Shown here: positions 8,500-18,564 of the stretch, piece by piece
How the letters are laid out: every line of letters begins with the position of its first letter
How positions within the stretch are numbered: the stretch's first letter is position 1
Origin: Hyphomicrobiales bacterium
GTDB taxonomy: Bacteria > Pseudomonadota > Alphaproteobacteria > Rhizobiales > JACESI01
Direction of reading: 5' to 3'
Length of the DNA: 64,000 nt
NCBI GenBank assembly: GCA_039964305.1
Contig: JBDVXS010000100.1
Location: 4,924-68,923 of the forward strand
The notes under the pieces: generated by a model
Told to the model about the DNA's origin: nothing
The model's database searches: none
The model's input: only the letters and a program-made list of their open reading frames with translations
Translations under genes and position numbers: made by a program

Positions 8500-10422
8500 T
8501 TGATCCTCATTTTAGCGGTTTTTTTAATACCCCGTGAGATGCTGTTAAAACAAGAAAAGCCCAAAAAGGGGCTGCAACAGGGTCATAGTCGCGTGTTTTT
8601 TAGAGTATCTGAAAACCTATTTTCTGGTGATTTGTTCGGTGAACAGGATTGGTCTTTGTTAGAACGCCAATTCTTAGTAACTCAGATTTCCTCTAGCGTT
8701 TTCGCACTTGTCGCATTTCCAATTTGGCTATTGTGGAGTGGCACACTCACTTATGAGATGGCTGTTTCATTTGTATGGTTACTTGGTCCACTTACAGCCG
8801 CATTGGTTCTTGTCCGTTCGCGCTCACTGGAGCTGGCCTTTTTGGTATCAGCGACAACGCTTGCGGGCTTAATTGCCACCATTTGTGCTTTCACAGGCGG
8901 TATTCAGTCTTTTGCATTGGTATGGTTGCTCATTATTCCAGCCGAAGCAGCGCTTGCGAAACGAAAATGGGTGATTTCTTATTCTTTAGTGCCGTTGTCT
9001 GTTGCCTTGGCGTTTTTGTTCCATGGAACACACGCCAATTGGTTCAATACATATGATGTTATTAGCAGTACGTCAGAATTTGGCACCGTCGTCGGTCCGC
9101 TTGCTCTTATTCTTTATGTTGCAGCGCTGACTTTCCGCGTTCAATCAACGTATTCTGCAAGCCAGCACCGCCTTAGCGTCAATCAAGAGCGATATCGTTT
9201 GTTGGCAAACAACACGACTGATCTCATTACGCAACATGAGGCCTCAGGTGAAATACTCTTTGCTTCACCAGCGGCAAAAACATTGCTTGGTGTTGCGCCA
9301 TTTGAAATTTGCAACCAAGGGCTTTTTGATCGAGTGCATATTGCCGATCGTCCAGCCTACCTTAAGCTGTTTTCAGATGTTGTTGCTCGGGGACTACCCC
9401 TTAAAGCTGAATTTCGCCTTCGTACATCTGTGCTTCGCAACGGTAATGAAGAAGGCAATTTGACTTTTCACAGCGATAGCGAATTTAGCTGGATGGAAAT
9501 GCGTTGCCGACCAATCTGGGATAGCAATGAAGTTGTCACTGGAATTGTTGCAACGACGAGAGACATTAGTGAGCGACGCTCTCAGCAAGATGCACTTGAG
9601 GCAGCTCACTTGGATCTACAGCAGCTAAGTGACGCAAAAACACGCTTTTTGGCCAATATGAGCCATGAATTGCGCACACCTCTTAATGCAATCATTGGGT
9701 TTTCAGAGATATTGCAGCAGGAGCTGTTTGGCGAGCTGAAGAACGAGAAGCAAGAAGAATATGTGAACCTTATCCATGATTCAGGTAGTCATTTGCTTCA
9801 GATCGTGACCGATATTTTGGACATGTCGAAGATTGAAAGCGGTACATTTGATATTGTGCCAGAATCTTTCGATGTCGATCGGCTTATTAAATCATGTACG
9901 GGTATTATGAGCCAACAGGCCGATATGCGTGGGATTAATTTGGTTCCGACTATCCCTCATGATCTGCCTGAAGCCGTGGCCGATTCACGTGCTTGCCGTC
10001 AAATTTTGATCAATTTGATATCGAATGCCCTTAAGTTCTCAGACAAAAATGACACCGTAACCGTCGGTGTTCGTGTTGAGGGTGACAAGCTTGCCTACTT
10101 CGTTCGTGATACCGGGATTGGCATGGGTAAAGCCGACCTTAAGCGGATTGGGCAGCCGTTCTTTCAAGCTGATAGTGCGCATGACAGACGTTATGAGGGC
10201 ACTGGGCTTGGTGTATCTGTCGTGAAGGGGCTGACTGAGCTCCACAAAGGACGAGTTGAATTTGAAAGTGAACTGGGAGAGGGGACGTGTGTGACAGTCT
10301 TCATTCCGCTGGATTGTGAAGCGGATTCGAACACTGTTGAAGTCTTCACTCCAATATCAAAGCAACCTGATCTGTCTGATCTGGAAACGTTGATACAAGC
10401 GAAGGCTTGCAAAATAGCCTAA
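8500..10422 (+). CDS. divJ: Membrane PAS sensor histidine kinase, DivJ homolog
   Basis: Multi-TM N-terminus, PAS domain, FLANMSHELRTPLNAIIGFSE H-box of the DivJ/PleC class, HATPase; near mucR/sufE; real start may be GTG at 8593. Confidence 0.8.
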   Translation: MILILAVFLIPREMLLKQEKPKKGLQQGHSRVFFRVSENLFSGDLFGEQDWSLLERQFLVTQISSSVFALVAFPIWLLWSGTLTYEMAVSFVWLLGPLTAALVLVRSRSLELAFLVSATTLAGLIATICAFTGGIQSFALVWLLIIPAEAALAKRKWVISYSLVPLSVALAFLFHGTHANWFNTYDVISSTSEFGTVVGPLALILYVAALTFRVQSTYSASQHRLSVNQERYRLLANNTTDLITQHEASGEILFASPAAKTLLGVAPFEICNQGLFDRVHIADRPAYLKLFSDVVARGLPLKAEFRLRTSVLRNGNEEGNLTFHSDSEFSWMEMRCRPIWDSNEVVTGIVATTRDISERRSQQDALEAAHLDLQQLSDAKTRFLANMSHELRTPLNAIIGFSEILQQELFGELKNEKQEEYVNLIHDSGSHLLQIVTDILDMSKIESGTFDIVPESFDVDRLIKSCTGIMSQQADMRGINLVPTIPHDLPEAVADSRACRQILINLISNALKFSDKNDTVTVGVRVEGDKLAYFVRDTGIGMGKADLKRIGQPFFQADSAHDRRYEGTGLGVSVVKGLTELHKGRVEFESELGEGTCVTVFIPLDCEADSNTVEVFTPISKQPDLSDLETLIQAKACKIA

Positions 10423-10431
10423 GGAAAGACC

Positions 10432-11274
10432 ATGAATAAAAACAAAGACTTTCTTGCCGATATTGGTGCCGAGCCACAACCTGGTGCGCGCGTAAAAAGA
10501 CAAGCTCCAGAAACGGAAAGTGAAATGTTTGATGAAGGTCAAACATTCGCGCAGCTGCTCGCTACAAAAGCGCTAGCGTTTGCTTATTCAAACCGACGTC
10601 AGCTTGCTGTCAGCATAACAGTATTTGCATTGGTTGGCGCTGCCAGCATCAACACCTTGTTTTTACAAGAAGGTAAGCATCCAGCTCCAATTTTTGGCGC
10701 AGGCACCCAGCAGGTCGCTTCTGCTGAACTTACACCTTCTCAATCAAGCGAAATTGTTCTGGAACAAGCTGGTGATCAAGAATTAGCTGATCCAGTGGTG
10801 CGTGAAATACAGGCTCACCTTACTGCTCGTGGTTATTATGATTCAGATATTGATGGCTTGATTGGTGCAAGAACACGCGCTGCCATTGGTCTTTATCAGC
10901 GGGCAAACAATGAACCTGTAACAAATGAACCAAGCAAGAAATTGCTGGAGCATATTCGTCTTTCACGGCCAGATGATGCCTACCATATCGCAGCACGCCA
11001 AAAAATTGCTGATCAAAACAAGGCCGCAGGCATTGCATCGTCAGTGCCGAGTATCATTAAGGCGAAATCCGAAGTGATAAGTGACCCGCTCATGATCAAG
11101 CAAATTCAAGAAGCGCTCGCAAGTCTTGGGTATAACAATGTCACAGCAGATGGTGTTGTCGGTCCAATTACCCGCGAAGCGGTTTTGAATTTCAAAAAGA
11201 AACACGGTCTCAATGGTGATGGTATCATGACGACGGCACTCTTGGATGAATTGTCTAAATTGACCGAGCTTTGA
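10432..11274 (+). CDS. Peptidoglycan-binding domain protein (two PG_binding_1 domains)
   Basis: IQAHLTARGYY...IDGLIGARTRAAI and IQEALASLGY...ADGVVGPITREAV repeats after one TM. Confidence 0.88.
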   Translation: MNKNKDFLADIGAEPQPGARVKRQAPETESEMFDEGQTFAQLLATKALAFAYSNRRQLAVSITVFALVGAASINTLFLQEGKHPAPIFGAGTQQVASAELTPSQSSEIVLEQAGDQELADPVVREIQAHLTARGYYDSDIDGLIGARTRAAIGLYQRANNEPVTNEPSKKLLEHIRLSRPDDAYHIAARQKIADQNKAAGIASSVPSIIKAKSEVISDPLMIKQIQEALASLGYNNVTADGVVGPITREAVLNFKKKHGLNGDGIMTTALLDELSKLTEL

Positions 11275-11279
11275 TTGTA

Positions 11280-11621
11280 ATGCGTTTAAGCTCAGAATTT
11301 TGGGTAAGTGCTTATATACGCCAATGTCAGTCGGATGGTGATTTTGCGGCCCTTTCAAAACGGGGCGTCTCCCATGGGGGAGCTGTTTTCGTTCTCATCA
11401 ATCGGCTAGATGGAACAAATGACCTTTACGGTCCTGCACCGCAATCGTTGCTGGATGGAAGTCACGATGTGAATGAACGCGTATTCTATAAGCTTATTTC
11501 ACAGGGCTCTCAGGAAGACTTAGATACCCAACTGGGCAAAGAGCAGCGCTTTGATACTGATCTTTGGGTCGTTGAACGGGAAAGCCGCACTGGTGAGCAT
11601 GGCCTAATGGTTGTGAGTTGA
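11280..11621 (+). CDS. DUF1491 family protein
   Basis: MRLSSEFWVSAYIR...GAVFV...LYGPAPQS...RFDTDLWVVE.E signature. Confidence 0.85.
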   Translation: MRLSSEFWVSAYIRQCQSDGDFAALSKRGVSHGGAVFVLINRLDGTNDLYGPAPQSLLDGSHDVNERVFYKLISQGSQEDLDTQLGKEQRFDTDLWVVERESRTGEHGLMVVS

Positions 11622-11635
11622 TGGCATAAGCCTGA

Positions 11636-12943
11636 TTATCGTCTCGCAACAGTGCGCTGCACGGTATCGTCCAATTTTACAGCTTTTCTTTGAGTGGAAG
11701 ACGCTTCAGCCATTTCTGTTCGAGATTTTCCAGAATGAACTGGCTTATGCTCAACAGATGTTGGTTTCGTATCAGCTGGTTGCCAATCCTCAATTACGCT
11801 ATGGGCTGCCGTTGGGGTGATTTGCCCATAAAACCAATTCAGCAAAAATATCTGCTCTTTATTGGTTCCAAGGTTTTTATTCAGCAACAAGAATGCTTCA
11901 TTGGCGACATGCTTTGGGAGAGCCAATGATTTGAGACATACAGCGAGTGCAAATCCATGATCATCTTCAATTACTCTCGTGGCGTCATCCTGTGAAAGGT
12001 TGCATTCTTTAAGTAAAAGCGCTGCAAATTGCTCTGTGTTCTGCTCACGTGCCAGTACCGTAAAATCACGCGCCCTGTCCGCTCTGCGATAAGCCTGCTT
12101 AAGGATCAATGCTGGATTGACTTTGACTTTAGAGGCGTCTTCAACAGCGGTGTGAACATAGGTTAAAACATGTGCGTGTTCCATGGAAAGGAACCGATCA
12201 AGCCCAGAGAGAGGTGTGCTGGTTGCTTTGCGCCGCACCTTAATTCGAGTATCTGATTGAGCCGCAGCAATAAGGCGCTTAGTCGCGTGTTCCACATCAA
12301 CATCCATATCAAGACGCGCTTTGTTGTCTTGATTTGTAGGCTTGCTTATCTCTCGTTCAATCGTTGAACGTTCAGGAACAGCGGTCATTTCAGCGTGCAC
12401 ATCGGAGCTAATTTCTTCCTTATCGACTTGTTCTAATTTAGAACTTTTGTCGACTATCGTAACTTCAATAGTAGAAGACGCACTGCTGAGCGCAGGGTAA
12501 TCGACAGACGTCTTGAAAGTTGGTAGCGCCTTTTTAGAAATGACTAGCATGACAGTATCTGACAGGTTCGCACGCCCCGCGATCGCCAAAGCATGAAGTT
12601 CGCTGCCGCGCGCCAAGATTGTAAGTAAGTCAGTATCGTTAAAGCTTGTATAGTGGTGCAATAGTGGGGCAGCCACAGCAATGTCATCTTTAGCCATGGT
12701 CAAGGCGATTGTTTTTGGAAGTGCAGAACAACGCGCTAAACGTTCCGCAATATCGCTTCTGGCTTGAAGGTTTAACTTCGGCAACAACCGCAAGCATAAT
12801 TCCTCAAAATGTAAGGCGTCTTCCCAGGAGGGGGTTTCCTTACTCGCAAATAGCTCGCTGGCCGCGTTCAAGACTGCTTGACGTCTATTTTCTTTATCTG
12901 CCTGAACCAAGGTATCAAACTCGTTTTTTATAAGCTGCTGCAC
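11636..12943 (-). CDS. DUF2336 domain protein (putative polar/cell-cycle protein)
   Basis: ARSDIAERLA...MAKDDIAVAAPLL...DTDLLTIL...HALAIAGR pattern; GTG start. Confidence 0.75.
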   Translation of the reverse strand: MQQLIKNEFDTLVQADKENRRQAVLNAASELFASKETPSWEDALHFEELCLRLLPKLNLQARSDIAERLARCSALPKTIALTMAKDDIAVAAPLLHHYTSFNDTDLLTILARGSELHALAIAGRANLSDTVMLVISKKALPTFKTSVDYPALSSASSTIEVTIVDKSSKLEQVDKEEISSDVHAEMTAVPERSTIEREISKPTNQDNKARLDMDVDVEHATKRLIAAAQSDTRIKVRRKATSTPLSGLDRFLSMEHAHVLTYVHTAVEDASKVKVNPALILKQAYRRADRARDFTVLAREQNTEQFAALLLKECNLSQDDATRVIEDDHGFALAVCLKSLALPKHVANEAFLLLNKNLGTNKEQIFLLNWFYGQITPTAAHSVIEDWQPADTKPTSVEHKPVHSGKSRTEMAEASSTQRKAVKLDDTVQRTVARR

Positions 12944-12994
12944 GATACACCCAAAACGCTACGAACTCTCACATCCTACAATGACAGAAATTCG

Positions 12995-13026
12995 TTAGCG
13001 CTCTGTTAACTTTACTAATGTCTTAA
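12995..13026. promoter_or_regulatory. Two tandem CtrA-like boxes in the divergent DUF2336/small-ORF spacer
   Basis: TTAG-cgctctg-TTAAC (12995-13010) and TTAC-taatgtc-TTAA (13012-13026), one mismatch each. Confidence 0.55.
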
Positions 13027-13121
13027 TGGGGTGTCGCAAATTGGAACGACTGATTTGTGATTCTTCGTATAGCAGCGTGTTGAGTTTTCCTGCATCGAGC
13101 CACCAACCTATGGGGTCCGAA

Positions 13122-13301
13122 ATGGATAAGCCAGTAAGCCTTGAAGACTATCGGCAACGCCGAAAGGCAGATAAATCTGTCACGAATGTTGCTATCCCTG
13201 CAAAGGGAGCCAAAATATTGCTCTTCACCGGTATTCAAGTGGAATATACAGACACGTCTATTGTGGCGCGGTCGCCATCTCCTTTTGCACGGCAAAACTA
13301 G
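13122..13301 (+). CDS. Small hypothetical protein
   Basis: MDKPVSLEDYR...AKILLFTGIQVE resembles the ILLFTG small-protein motif seen at this locus in rhizobia; GGGG SD upstream. Confidence 0.55.
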   Translation: MDKPVSLEDYRQRRKADKSVTNVAIPAKGAKILLFTGIQVEYTDTSIVARSPSPFARQN

Positions 13302-13331
13302 ACCGCGTAATTGGATAGAAAAGAGTAAGAA

Positions 13332-14216
13332 ATGAGCGTGTTTTCGGTCAATCACAAGACTAACTTGTGCTTGCTTTGGGCAGCGATTGCGTGCGCTTTT
13401 TTGACCGGTTGCTCTAGACCAACGGGTGACTTTGGCCGTGCAGCGCCCAATTTTGCCCATGACCAACTGGGGCCGAATGTTGGCAAATTATTTGCTCATC
13501 GGCGCGAAGAAACCGTTTCACTTTTTGCAAGAACCGACGAAGAGCTAAAGCTTGAAAACGTTGTTTGGACTATCGTTCGGCCTGTTCATACCAAAGATTG
13601 GATATCAGGTAGCCTTATAGAGGGGCGTAGAACGCGCATTTTCCCAAATATAGATAAAGTGTTGGATTATCGTGCTTATTTGTTCTGGCACCGTGTTGAG
13701 CGTTTCAATTCAAGTGAAGCGCGTTGGAACCGGATAATCTCTGATATTAGGGCTGACCAAGGTGCTGTTTCGCCTTTTTACGATCAGGCTCGCGTTGTTT
13801 ATGTAATTGATTCTCAACGCTTGAAATTCTTAGAAGAGACGGATGGTCTTGAGCCAATCTATCGCAAAAACACGCGTGCAAGACTTGTTGAAAATGAACA
13901 GCTCATGGATCTAGCGCTCCGTAGTCTTCAATTCCGTTATAAAGCTTATGAATTTGCGATCCCACGTATGCTTTTGGAGTTTCCATCGCCACGTGCGAAA
14001 TTCGCTCAAGAAGAGCTTGAACGCTACAAAGTCCTCATCGAACGAGGTGGTGAGCGCGGCCTCCCATTTATTGATAACCCTGAGCTTTTATCGTCCCGTA
14101 TCTCTCTTGAGGCCAATGAGGACGATTCTTCTAAGGGTGGCAAAGAAGGTGCTTCATCTGTTGCGGGTAAGGGCAAAAAGAAAAAATGGGGTGATGACGC
14201 AGGTATCATCAAATAG
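13332..14216 (+). CDS. Conserved hypothetical lipoprotein
   Basis: Lipobox LTGC followed by PTGDFGRA; 294 aa ORF. Confidence 0.8.
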   Translation: MSVFSVNHKTNLCLLWAAIACAFLTGCSRPTGDFGRAAPNFAHDQLGPNVGKLFAHRREETVSLFARTDEELKLENVVWTIVRPVHTKDWISGSLIEGRRTRIFPNIDKVLDYRAYLFWHRVERFNSSEARWNRIISDIRADQGAVSPFYDQARVVYVIDSQRLKFLEETDGLEPIYRKNTRARLVENEQLMDLALRSLQFRYKAYEFAIPRMLLEFPSPRAKFAQEELERYKVLIERGGERGLPFIDNPELLSSRISLEANEDDSSKGGKEGASSVAGKGKKKKWGDDAGIIK

Positions 14217-14217
14217 G

Positions 14218-14868
14218 TTATTTGCATTCCGCCGTGATGAGCGTCTCTTCCACTGCGGAAGCAAAACTGCGCGATGATCTGAAAATCTTGAAAACCACAT
14301 AAGCCTGTTCAGTCTTCAGAACGGTTTTAACAATCGACGTATCTTCCTCACCAGTCTCAGCTTCAGCTTTTGCAACCGCCAGTTCACTTTCTGTCAAAGG
14401 CCGTGTGAAGGGGACTGGAATGCCAGCTTTAGGGCGTCCGGCAGCTTCAGGGGTGTTGTTGTCGTCAAGCGTGCTTTGGGCTTTTTGAATGGTCTTCAAG
14501 CTTCTAATTTCAAGATTAAGTTGCTTGGTTTGAGAGACACCATCATGCAGGCTATAGATCACAGCGCTTTCAGTGTTGTAGATCGTTACTTGCCAAAAAT
14601 CAGTTGGTCCATCTGATGTAAGCGTGACTGGGCCATTGTTAAGGTCAAAACGGCAAATTGCATACGCCATTGCAGGGTCTGCTTGGCCGAGTAGTTTAAT
14701 TGCATCTTCGTTGGTTTTTAATGGCATCAATTGTCTTGGCTCACTCTCAGTTACGAGGTTTTGCCATATTTTTTGACCAGCAAAAAACGGTGTCGCCAAA
14801 ATTGCAAATATGTGAACCAAGCCGCTGAGAACAACAAGCAAGAGTAGCATTCTTATAAGATACATCAT
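14218..14868 (-). CDS. DUF1254-like exported protein
   Basis: N-terminal TM with VHI, DPAMAYAICRFDLNNGPV; coupled to the DUF1214 gene. Confidence 0.7.
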   Translation of the reverse strand: MMYLIRMLLLLVVLSGLVHIFAILATPFFAGQKIWQNLVTESEPRQLMPLKTNEDAIKLLGQADPAMAYAICRFDLNNGPVTLTSDGPTDFWQVTIYNTESAVIYSLHDGVSQTKQLNLEIRSLKTIQKAQSTLDDNNTPEAAGRPKAGIPVPFTRPLTESELAVAKAEAETGEEDTSIVKTVLKTEQAYVVFKIFRSSRSFASAVEETLITAECK

Positions 14869-15434
14869 ATGCAGCTAACCCTCTCGATAAGAGGGGTTTT
14901 TATTGCTGCATCAAGGGCACCGCTGGTCAGTGGTGTGTCATAGACCCGCAATGTAAGTGTAAAGCCACTTTTCGATGTGAGAGGTAGCCAGTTTCCTGGT
15001 TGTGCCGTTTTAGAAATATAGATTTCTAACTGTTCGTTTTCGCTCCAGATGACGTCATCAGACGTGATATAGGCTGGGCTGATACCGCTGTTCAATTTGC
15101 CCGTTTCGATATAGCTCAGCGTCCAAAGGCGGCCTCTTGGAATGATGCCTGTTAGTCTGTATTCGCAGTTGCTGGCATAGGTCTCGCCATTATTGTCCTT
15201 GCTTGAGAAGAACGCCAAACCCTCAGTCGTGCTCATCCATATTTTACCAAGTCTGGCGAGATAGGCTTGTGTATAAGGGTCTGCTGATGGGTCGGCGGCT
15301 TTAGGCCAGATATCCCATTGTCCAATTTTAACTTTTTGAAACTTTAGGTCGCCTTGCAAGGTAAACCATGCAGAACCGACACCTATGATGGCGGCTGCTA
15401 AACTAACGAGGATGAATACAATGGCGTGACGCAC
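14865..15434 (-). CDS. DUF1214 domain protein
   Basis: ADPYTQA, RLWTL, PGNWLP, FTLTLRVYDTP motifs. Confidence 0.85.
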   Translation of the reverse strand: MRHAIVFILVSLAAAIIGVGSAWFTLQGDLKFQKVKIGQWDIWPKAADPSADPYTQAYLARLGKIWMSTTEGLAFFSSKDNNGETYASNCEYRLTGIIPRGRLWTLSYIETGKLNSGISPAYITSDDVIWSENEQLEIYISKTAQPGNWLPLTSKSGFTLTLRVYDTPLTSGALDAAIKTPLIERVSCI

Positions 15435-15444
15435 GATTTCAGGC

Positions 15445-17610
15445 CTATAGTTGACCTGCTAAAGTCTTAATGCCGTCAGCTTCGGCTTTCTTCAAAGGCA
15501 CAAAGCCTTTTACCACTTTATCCTGTTTCTCTTCGAGCAATTGGCCGATGTTTCTCAAAACTTTGGTGGAGTTTGCTGATAGCGCTCTGATTTGATCAAT
15601 CGATTTAATCTTCACGTCATTGCCTTGGGCATCAAGTTCCACAAGTTTGATGTCAGAGCGTCCATCACTACCAAGATAAGGGATAGGGCGCTTGTCGACA
15701 CCTTGGTGGGCGAAGGTCATAATATCTTTCCATGTCATCGCTGGAAGACGTCCACCTGTTAGGCGGCGTGTTGGTGTGTAGTTGTCATTGCCGTACCAAA
15801 CAGCAGAAACATAATTACCAGTATAGCCAATAAACCAAGCATCGCGGTACGATTGTGTGGTTCCGGTTTTACCCGCAGTTTTACGATCATCCAGTTTACC
15901 ACGGCGGCCAGTTCCCCATTCAGGGACTTGCGACAAAATTTCGTTCATTGAAGCAACAGAGCTTGCTTTCAAAACGCGCTCTTTTTGTTGGTTGCCGCCA
16001 AAGTCTCTAATGAGATCACCTTTTGAATTGTAAATACGGATGGCGGCCTTCGCTCTTGGTTTGTAACCGCCATTAGCAAAAACGGAGTAGCCTGTCGTCA
16101 TATCCAAAACGGATACTTCGGATGTACCAATTGGCAAGCTTGGGTTTGCCCGCAATTTTGCGTTGACGCCCATGCTGTGTGTTGTTTCGACAATCTTCTT
16201 TGCACCCAACTGCAAACCAATTTTTACCGGAATGGTATTGATTGATTTTACCAGTGCTGTGGTGAGCGTTTGGCTACCAGAGTAACTGCGGGTGTAGTTT
16301 TTAGGAGACCAGCCTTTTACCCAGACAGGACCATCTACAATACGCGTTGAAGGGGTCATGCCTGCTTCCATCGCCGCTGAATAAACAAAGGCTTTGAAAG
16401 TAGAACCAGGAGAACGCAGTGCATCAACCGCGCGGTTAAATTGGCTTTGGCCATAATCACGGCCACCAACCATTGCCCGCACAAAGCCATCCGGTGTCAT
16501 AACAACGGTTGCGCCTTGGGTAATGTTGTATGCTTTGCCGTTTTCGACCAAGTAACGATTAATAGTCCGCTCAGCGTGCTCTTGGATTGATTGATCCAAT
16601 CCTGTCACCACCGTCAAGACACGGTCTTCTTGAATGTTCATCTTCAAGATATCTTGGTAAGCCCAATCAAGGAAATAGTCCGGTCTGTTTTCACGTTTGC
16701 GATTGACGGCAGACGCTGGGTTTTGTCGAGCGGTTAGAACTTGCCCCTCAGTCAAGAAATCAGCCTGCACCATGTTGGTCAAAACTTCATTCGCGCGTTC
16801 CCGTGCCGAAGCCAAATTAATGTGCGGGGCAAAGTTGGTTGGCGCTTTGAAAAGGCCAGCAAGCATTGCCGATTCTGCAAGGGTTAGGTCAGCATAATCT
16901 TTGTCGAAATAAAATTCAGCCGCTGCTGGAATACCAAAGGCACCACCGCCAAGATAAGCGCGGTTGAAGTAAAGTTCCAAAATCTCTTGTTTCGTTAAAT
17001 TCGCATCAAGCCATAATGCCAAGAAGGCTTCTTTAGCTTTTCGCGAAAGGGTGCGTTCGTTGCTCAAGAAAATGTTCTTCGCAACCTGCTGTGTGATGGT
17101 CGAACCACCCTCAACAACGCCGCCAGCCTTTACGTTCGTGGCAAAAGCACGAGCGATGCCGAAGATATCAACACCAAAATGAGAAAAGAAGCGCCGGTCT
17201 TCAGTCGCAAGTGTTGCTTTGACCACATGATCGGGTAGCCGTTCCAAATCAATTGGTTTGTTCTGGAAAACCCCGCGCCTTCCAACAACTTTTCCTGATC
17301 GATCAACAAAAGTGACGGAATAATCGTCTTGTTTGCGCCAATCTGTGTTGGTTGCCAAAATTGCTGGTTGAGCAAGCCCCAACATCAGCAACATGCCGAC
17401 CGCACCCCATGTGAGGGCTTCATTGGCAAGTTCTACTGGGATACGCTGCCAACCCAAAACGCGGAAACGTCGCATGAATGTGGAGTAACGCGCGTATAAA
17501 TCGCGTATCCAACCGAAACTTGAAAATAGGCCACCATCGATGGCACTATCCAATTCGAGCATTCTGCTTGTCAGCTTATTGCGTCTGTTATGGGAAAGCG
17601 GATCGTTCAA
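15445..17610 (-). CDS. Class A penicillin-binding protein (PBP1A family transglycosylase/transpeptidase)
   Basis: EDRRFFSHFGVD, GGSTITQQ, SPGSTFK (SxxK), SIN (SxN), KTG motifs. Confidence 0.95.
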   Translation of the reverse strand: MNDPLSHNRRNKLTSRMLELDSAIDGGLFSSFGWIRDLYARYSTFMRRFRVLGWQRIPVELANEALTWGAVGMLLMLGLAQPAILATNTDWRKQDDYSVTFVDRSGKVVGRRGVFQNKPIDLERLPDHVVKATLATEDRRFFSHFGVDIFGIARAFATNVKAGGVVEGGSTITQQVAKNIFLSNERTLSRKAKEAFLALWLDANLTKQEILELYFNRAYLGGGAFGIPAAAEFYFDKDYADLTLAESAMLAGLFKAPTNFAPHINLASARERANEVLTNMVQADFLTEGQVLTARQNPASAVNRKRENRPDYFLDWAYQDILKMNIQEDRVLTVVTGLDQSIQEHAERTINRYLVENGKAYNITQGATVVMTPDGFVRAMVGGRDYGQSQFNRAVDALRSPGSTFKAFVYSAAMEAGMTPSTRIVDGPVWVKGWSPKNYTRSYSGSQTLTTALVKSINTIPVKIGLQLGAKKIVETTHSMGVNAKLRANPSLPIGTSEVSVLDMTTGYSVFANGGYKPRAKAAIRIYNSKGDLIRDFGGNQQKERVLKASSVASMNEILSQVPEWGTGRRGKLDDRKTAGKTGTTQSYRDAWFIGYTGNYVSAVWYGNDNYTPTRRLTGGRLPAMTWKDIMTFAHQGVDKRPIPYLGSDGRSDIKLVELDAQGNDVKIKSIDQIRALSANSTKVLRNIGQLLEEKQDKVVKGFVPLKKAEADGIKTLAGQL

Positions 17611-17624
17611 AGGGTTGTTTCCAG

Positions 17625-17650
17625 TAAATAAAGTCTTAACAATTTCTAAA
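17625..17650. promoter_or_regulatory. CtrA-like boxes upstream of the PBP1A gene
   Basis: TAAA-N7-TTAAC overlapping TTAA-N7-TAAA. Confidence 0.35.
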
Positions 17651-17707
17651 TAAGCGTTATTGCTGAAATATGCCAGCCGCCTTCGTATTAAATATGAGAT
17701 TTAGTTA

Positions 17708-18190
17708 ATGGAAAACGCACCTTTTTGGAAGACCACCCCCTTAGAAAAACTATCAAATGAGCAATGGGAATCCCTTTGTGACGGTTGTGGTCGGTGCTGT
17801 TTGAACAAACTTGAAGATGAAGATACGGGCGAAATTGCTTGGACAAACATTGCTTGTTCACTTCTTGATGATGAAACTTGCAAATGTGGTGATTATCCAA
17901 ATCGTTCGACTTTAGTCCCTGATTGTATTCAGTTAACAGCTAAAAACGTGAGAGATTTGAGTTGGTTACCTGCAACGTGCGGCTATCGTCTAGTGCGTGA
18001 TGGCGAGGATTTATACTGGTGGCATCCTCTGGTTTCTGGTGATCCTGATACGGTTCACATGGCGGGCATCGCAGTTAGAGGCATGACTATTAGCGAAGAA
18101 CATGTTGAGGTTGAGGACTACGAAAACTATCTGGTTTCTTGGCCTGACGAGGATCCGTATAAAGATGTGGATTCAGAAATAGGAAAATAA
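17708..18190 (+). CDS. YcgN/UPF0260 family cysteine cluster protein
   Basis: [36 protein letters not shown]. Confidence 0.93.
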   Translation: MENAPFWKTTPLEKLSNEQWESLCDGCGRCCLNKLEDEDTGEIAWTNIACSLLDDETCKCGDYPNRSTLVPDCIQLTAKNVRDLSWLPATCGYRLVRDGEDLYWWHPLVSGDPDTVHMAGIAVRGMTISEEHVEVEDYENYLVSWPDEDPYKDVDSEIGK

Positions 18191-18222
18191 TCCTTGACAG
18201 CGTACGATGGTTCAGCTATAAA
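18182..18222 (+). promoter_or_regulatory. Sigma70 promoter of the former GTA cluster with an adjacent inverted-repeat operator
   Basis: TTGACA (18194-18199), 17 bp spacer, TATAAA (18217-18222); GGAA-N4-ATCC at 18182-18193 abuts the -35. Confidence 0.7.
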
Positions 18223-18373
18223 CCGTATCGTCGCAGAAGTGTGACATTCCTTTGAAAACTTGATCCTTTATCCCCCTTAGCCGTGGGACGTTTTTGCATG
18301 CTTTGGTTTGCGTCGGCGTCTTGCAACGCGTGGAGGGATGTTTGGCGTCGCTTTTGAAAGCTGGTTCGAACGA

Positions 18374-18425
18374 ATGCCCGACTGGTTAAAAATCCGCGAG
18401 GCTTATTTACATTTGGCGGTGCCAG
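18374..18425 (+). pseudogene. N-terminal stub of a small-terminase-like first GTA gene
   Basis: MPDWLKIREAYL resembles the PDW..I..AY N-terminus of terminase small subunits; recognisable similarity ends after about 17 codons. Confidence 0.45.
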
Positions 18426-18450
18426 CTTGCGGTCGTTTAAAAACTAATTT

Positions 18451-18564
18451 GTGGATTTCACACTCAAAATCGTGCCGGATAATGCTTCGCTTCAGCTTGT
18501 TGGTACAGTTGGCGGTTTTCTTGCTCTTTACGGTCGCTTGTCAGCTCAAAAAACAATCTCATGA
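18451..18564 (+). pseudogene. C-terminal remnant of a phage/GTA holin
   Basis: Frame reads ...SLQLVGTVGGFLALYGRLSAQKTIS*, matching the LQ...G..A.YGR..A...I holin tail; in-frame TAA at 18445; stop overlaps the spanin ATG. Confidence 0.6.
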
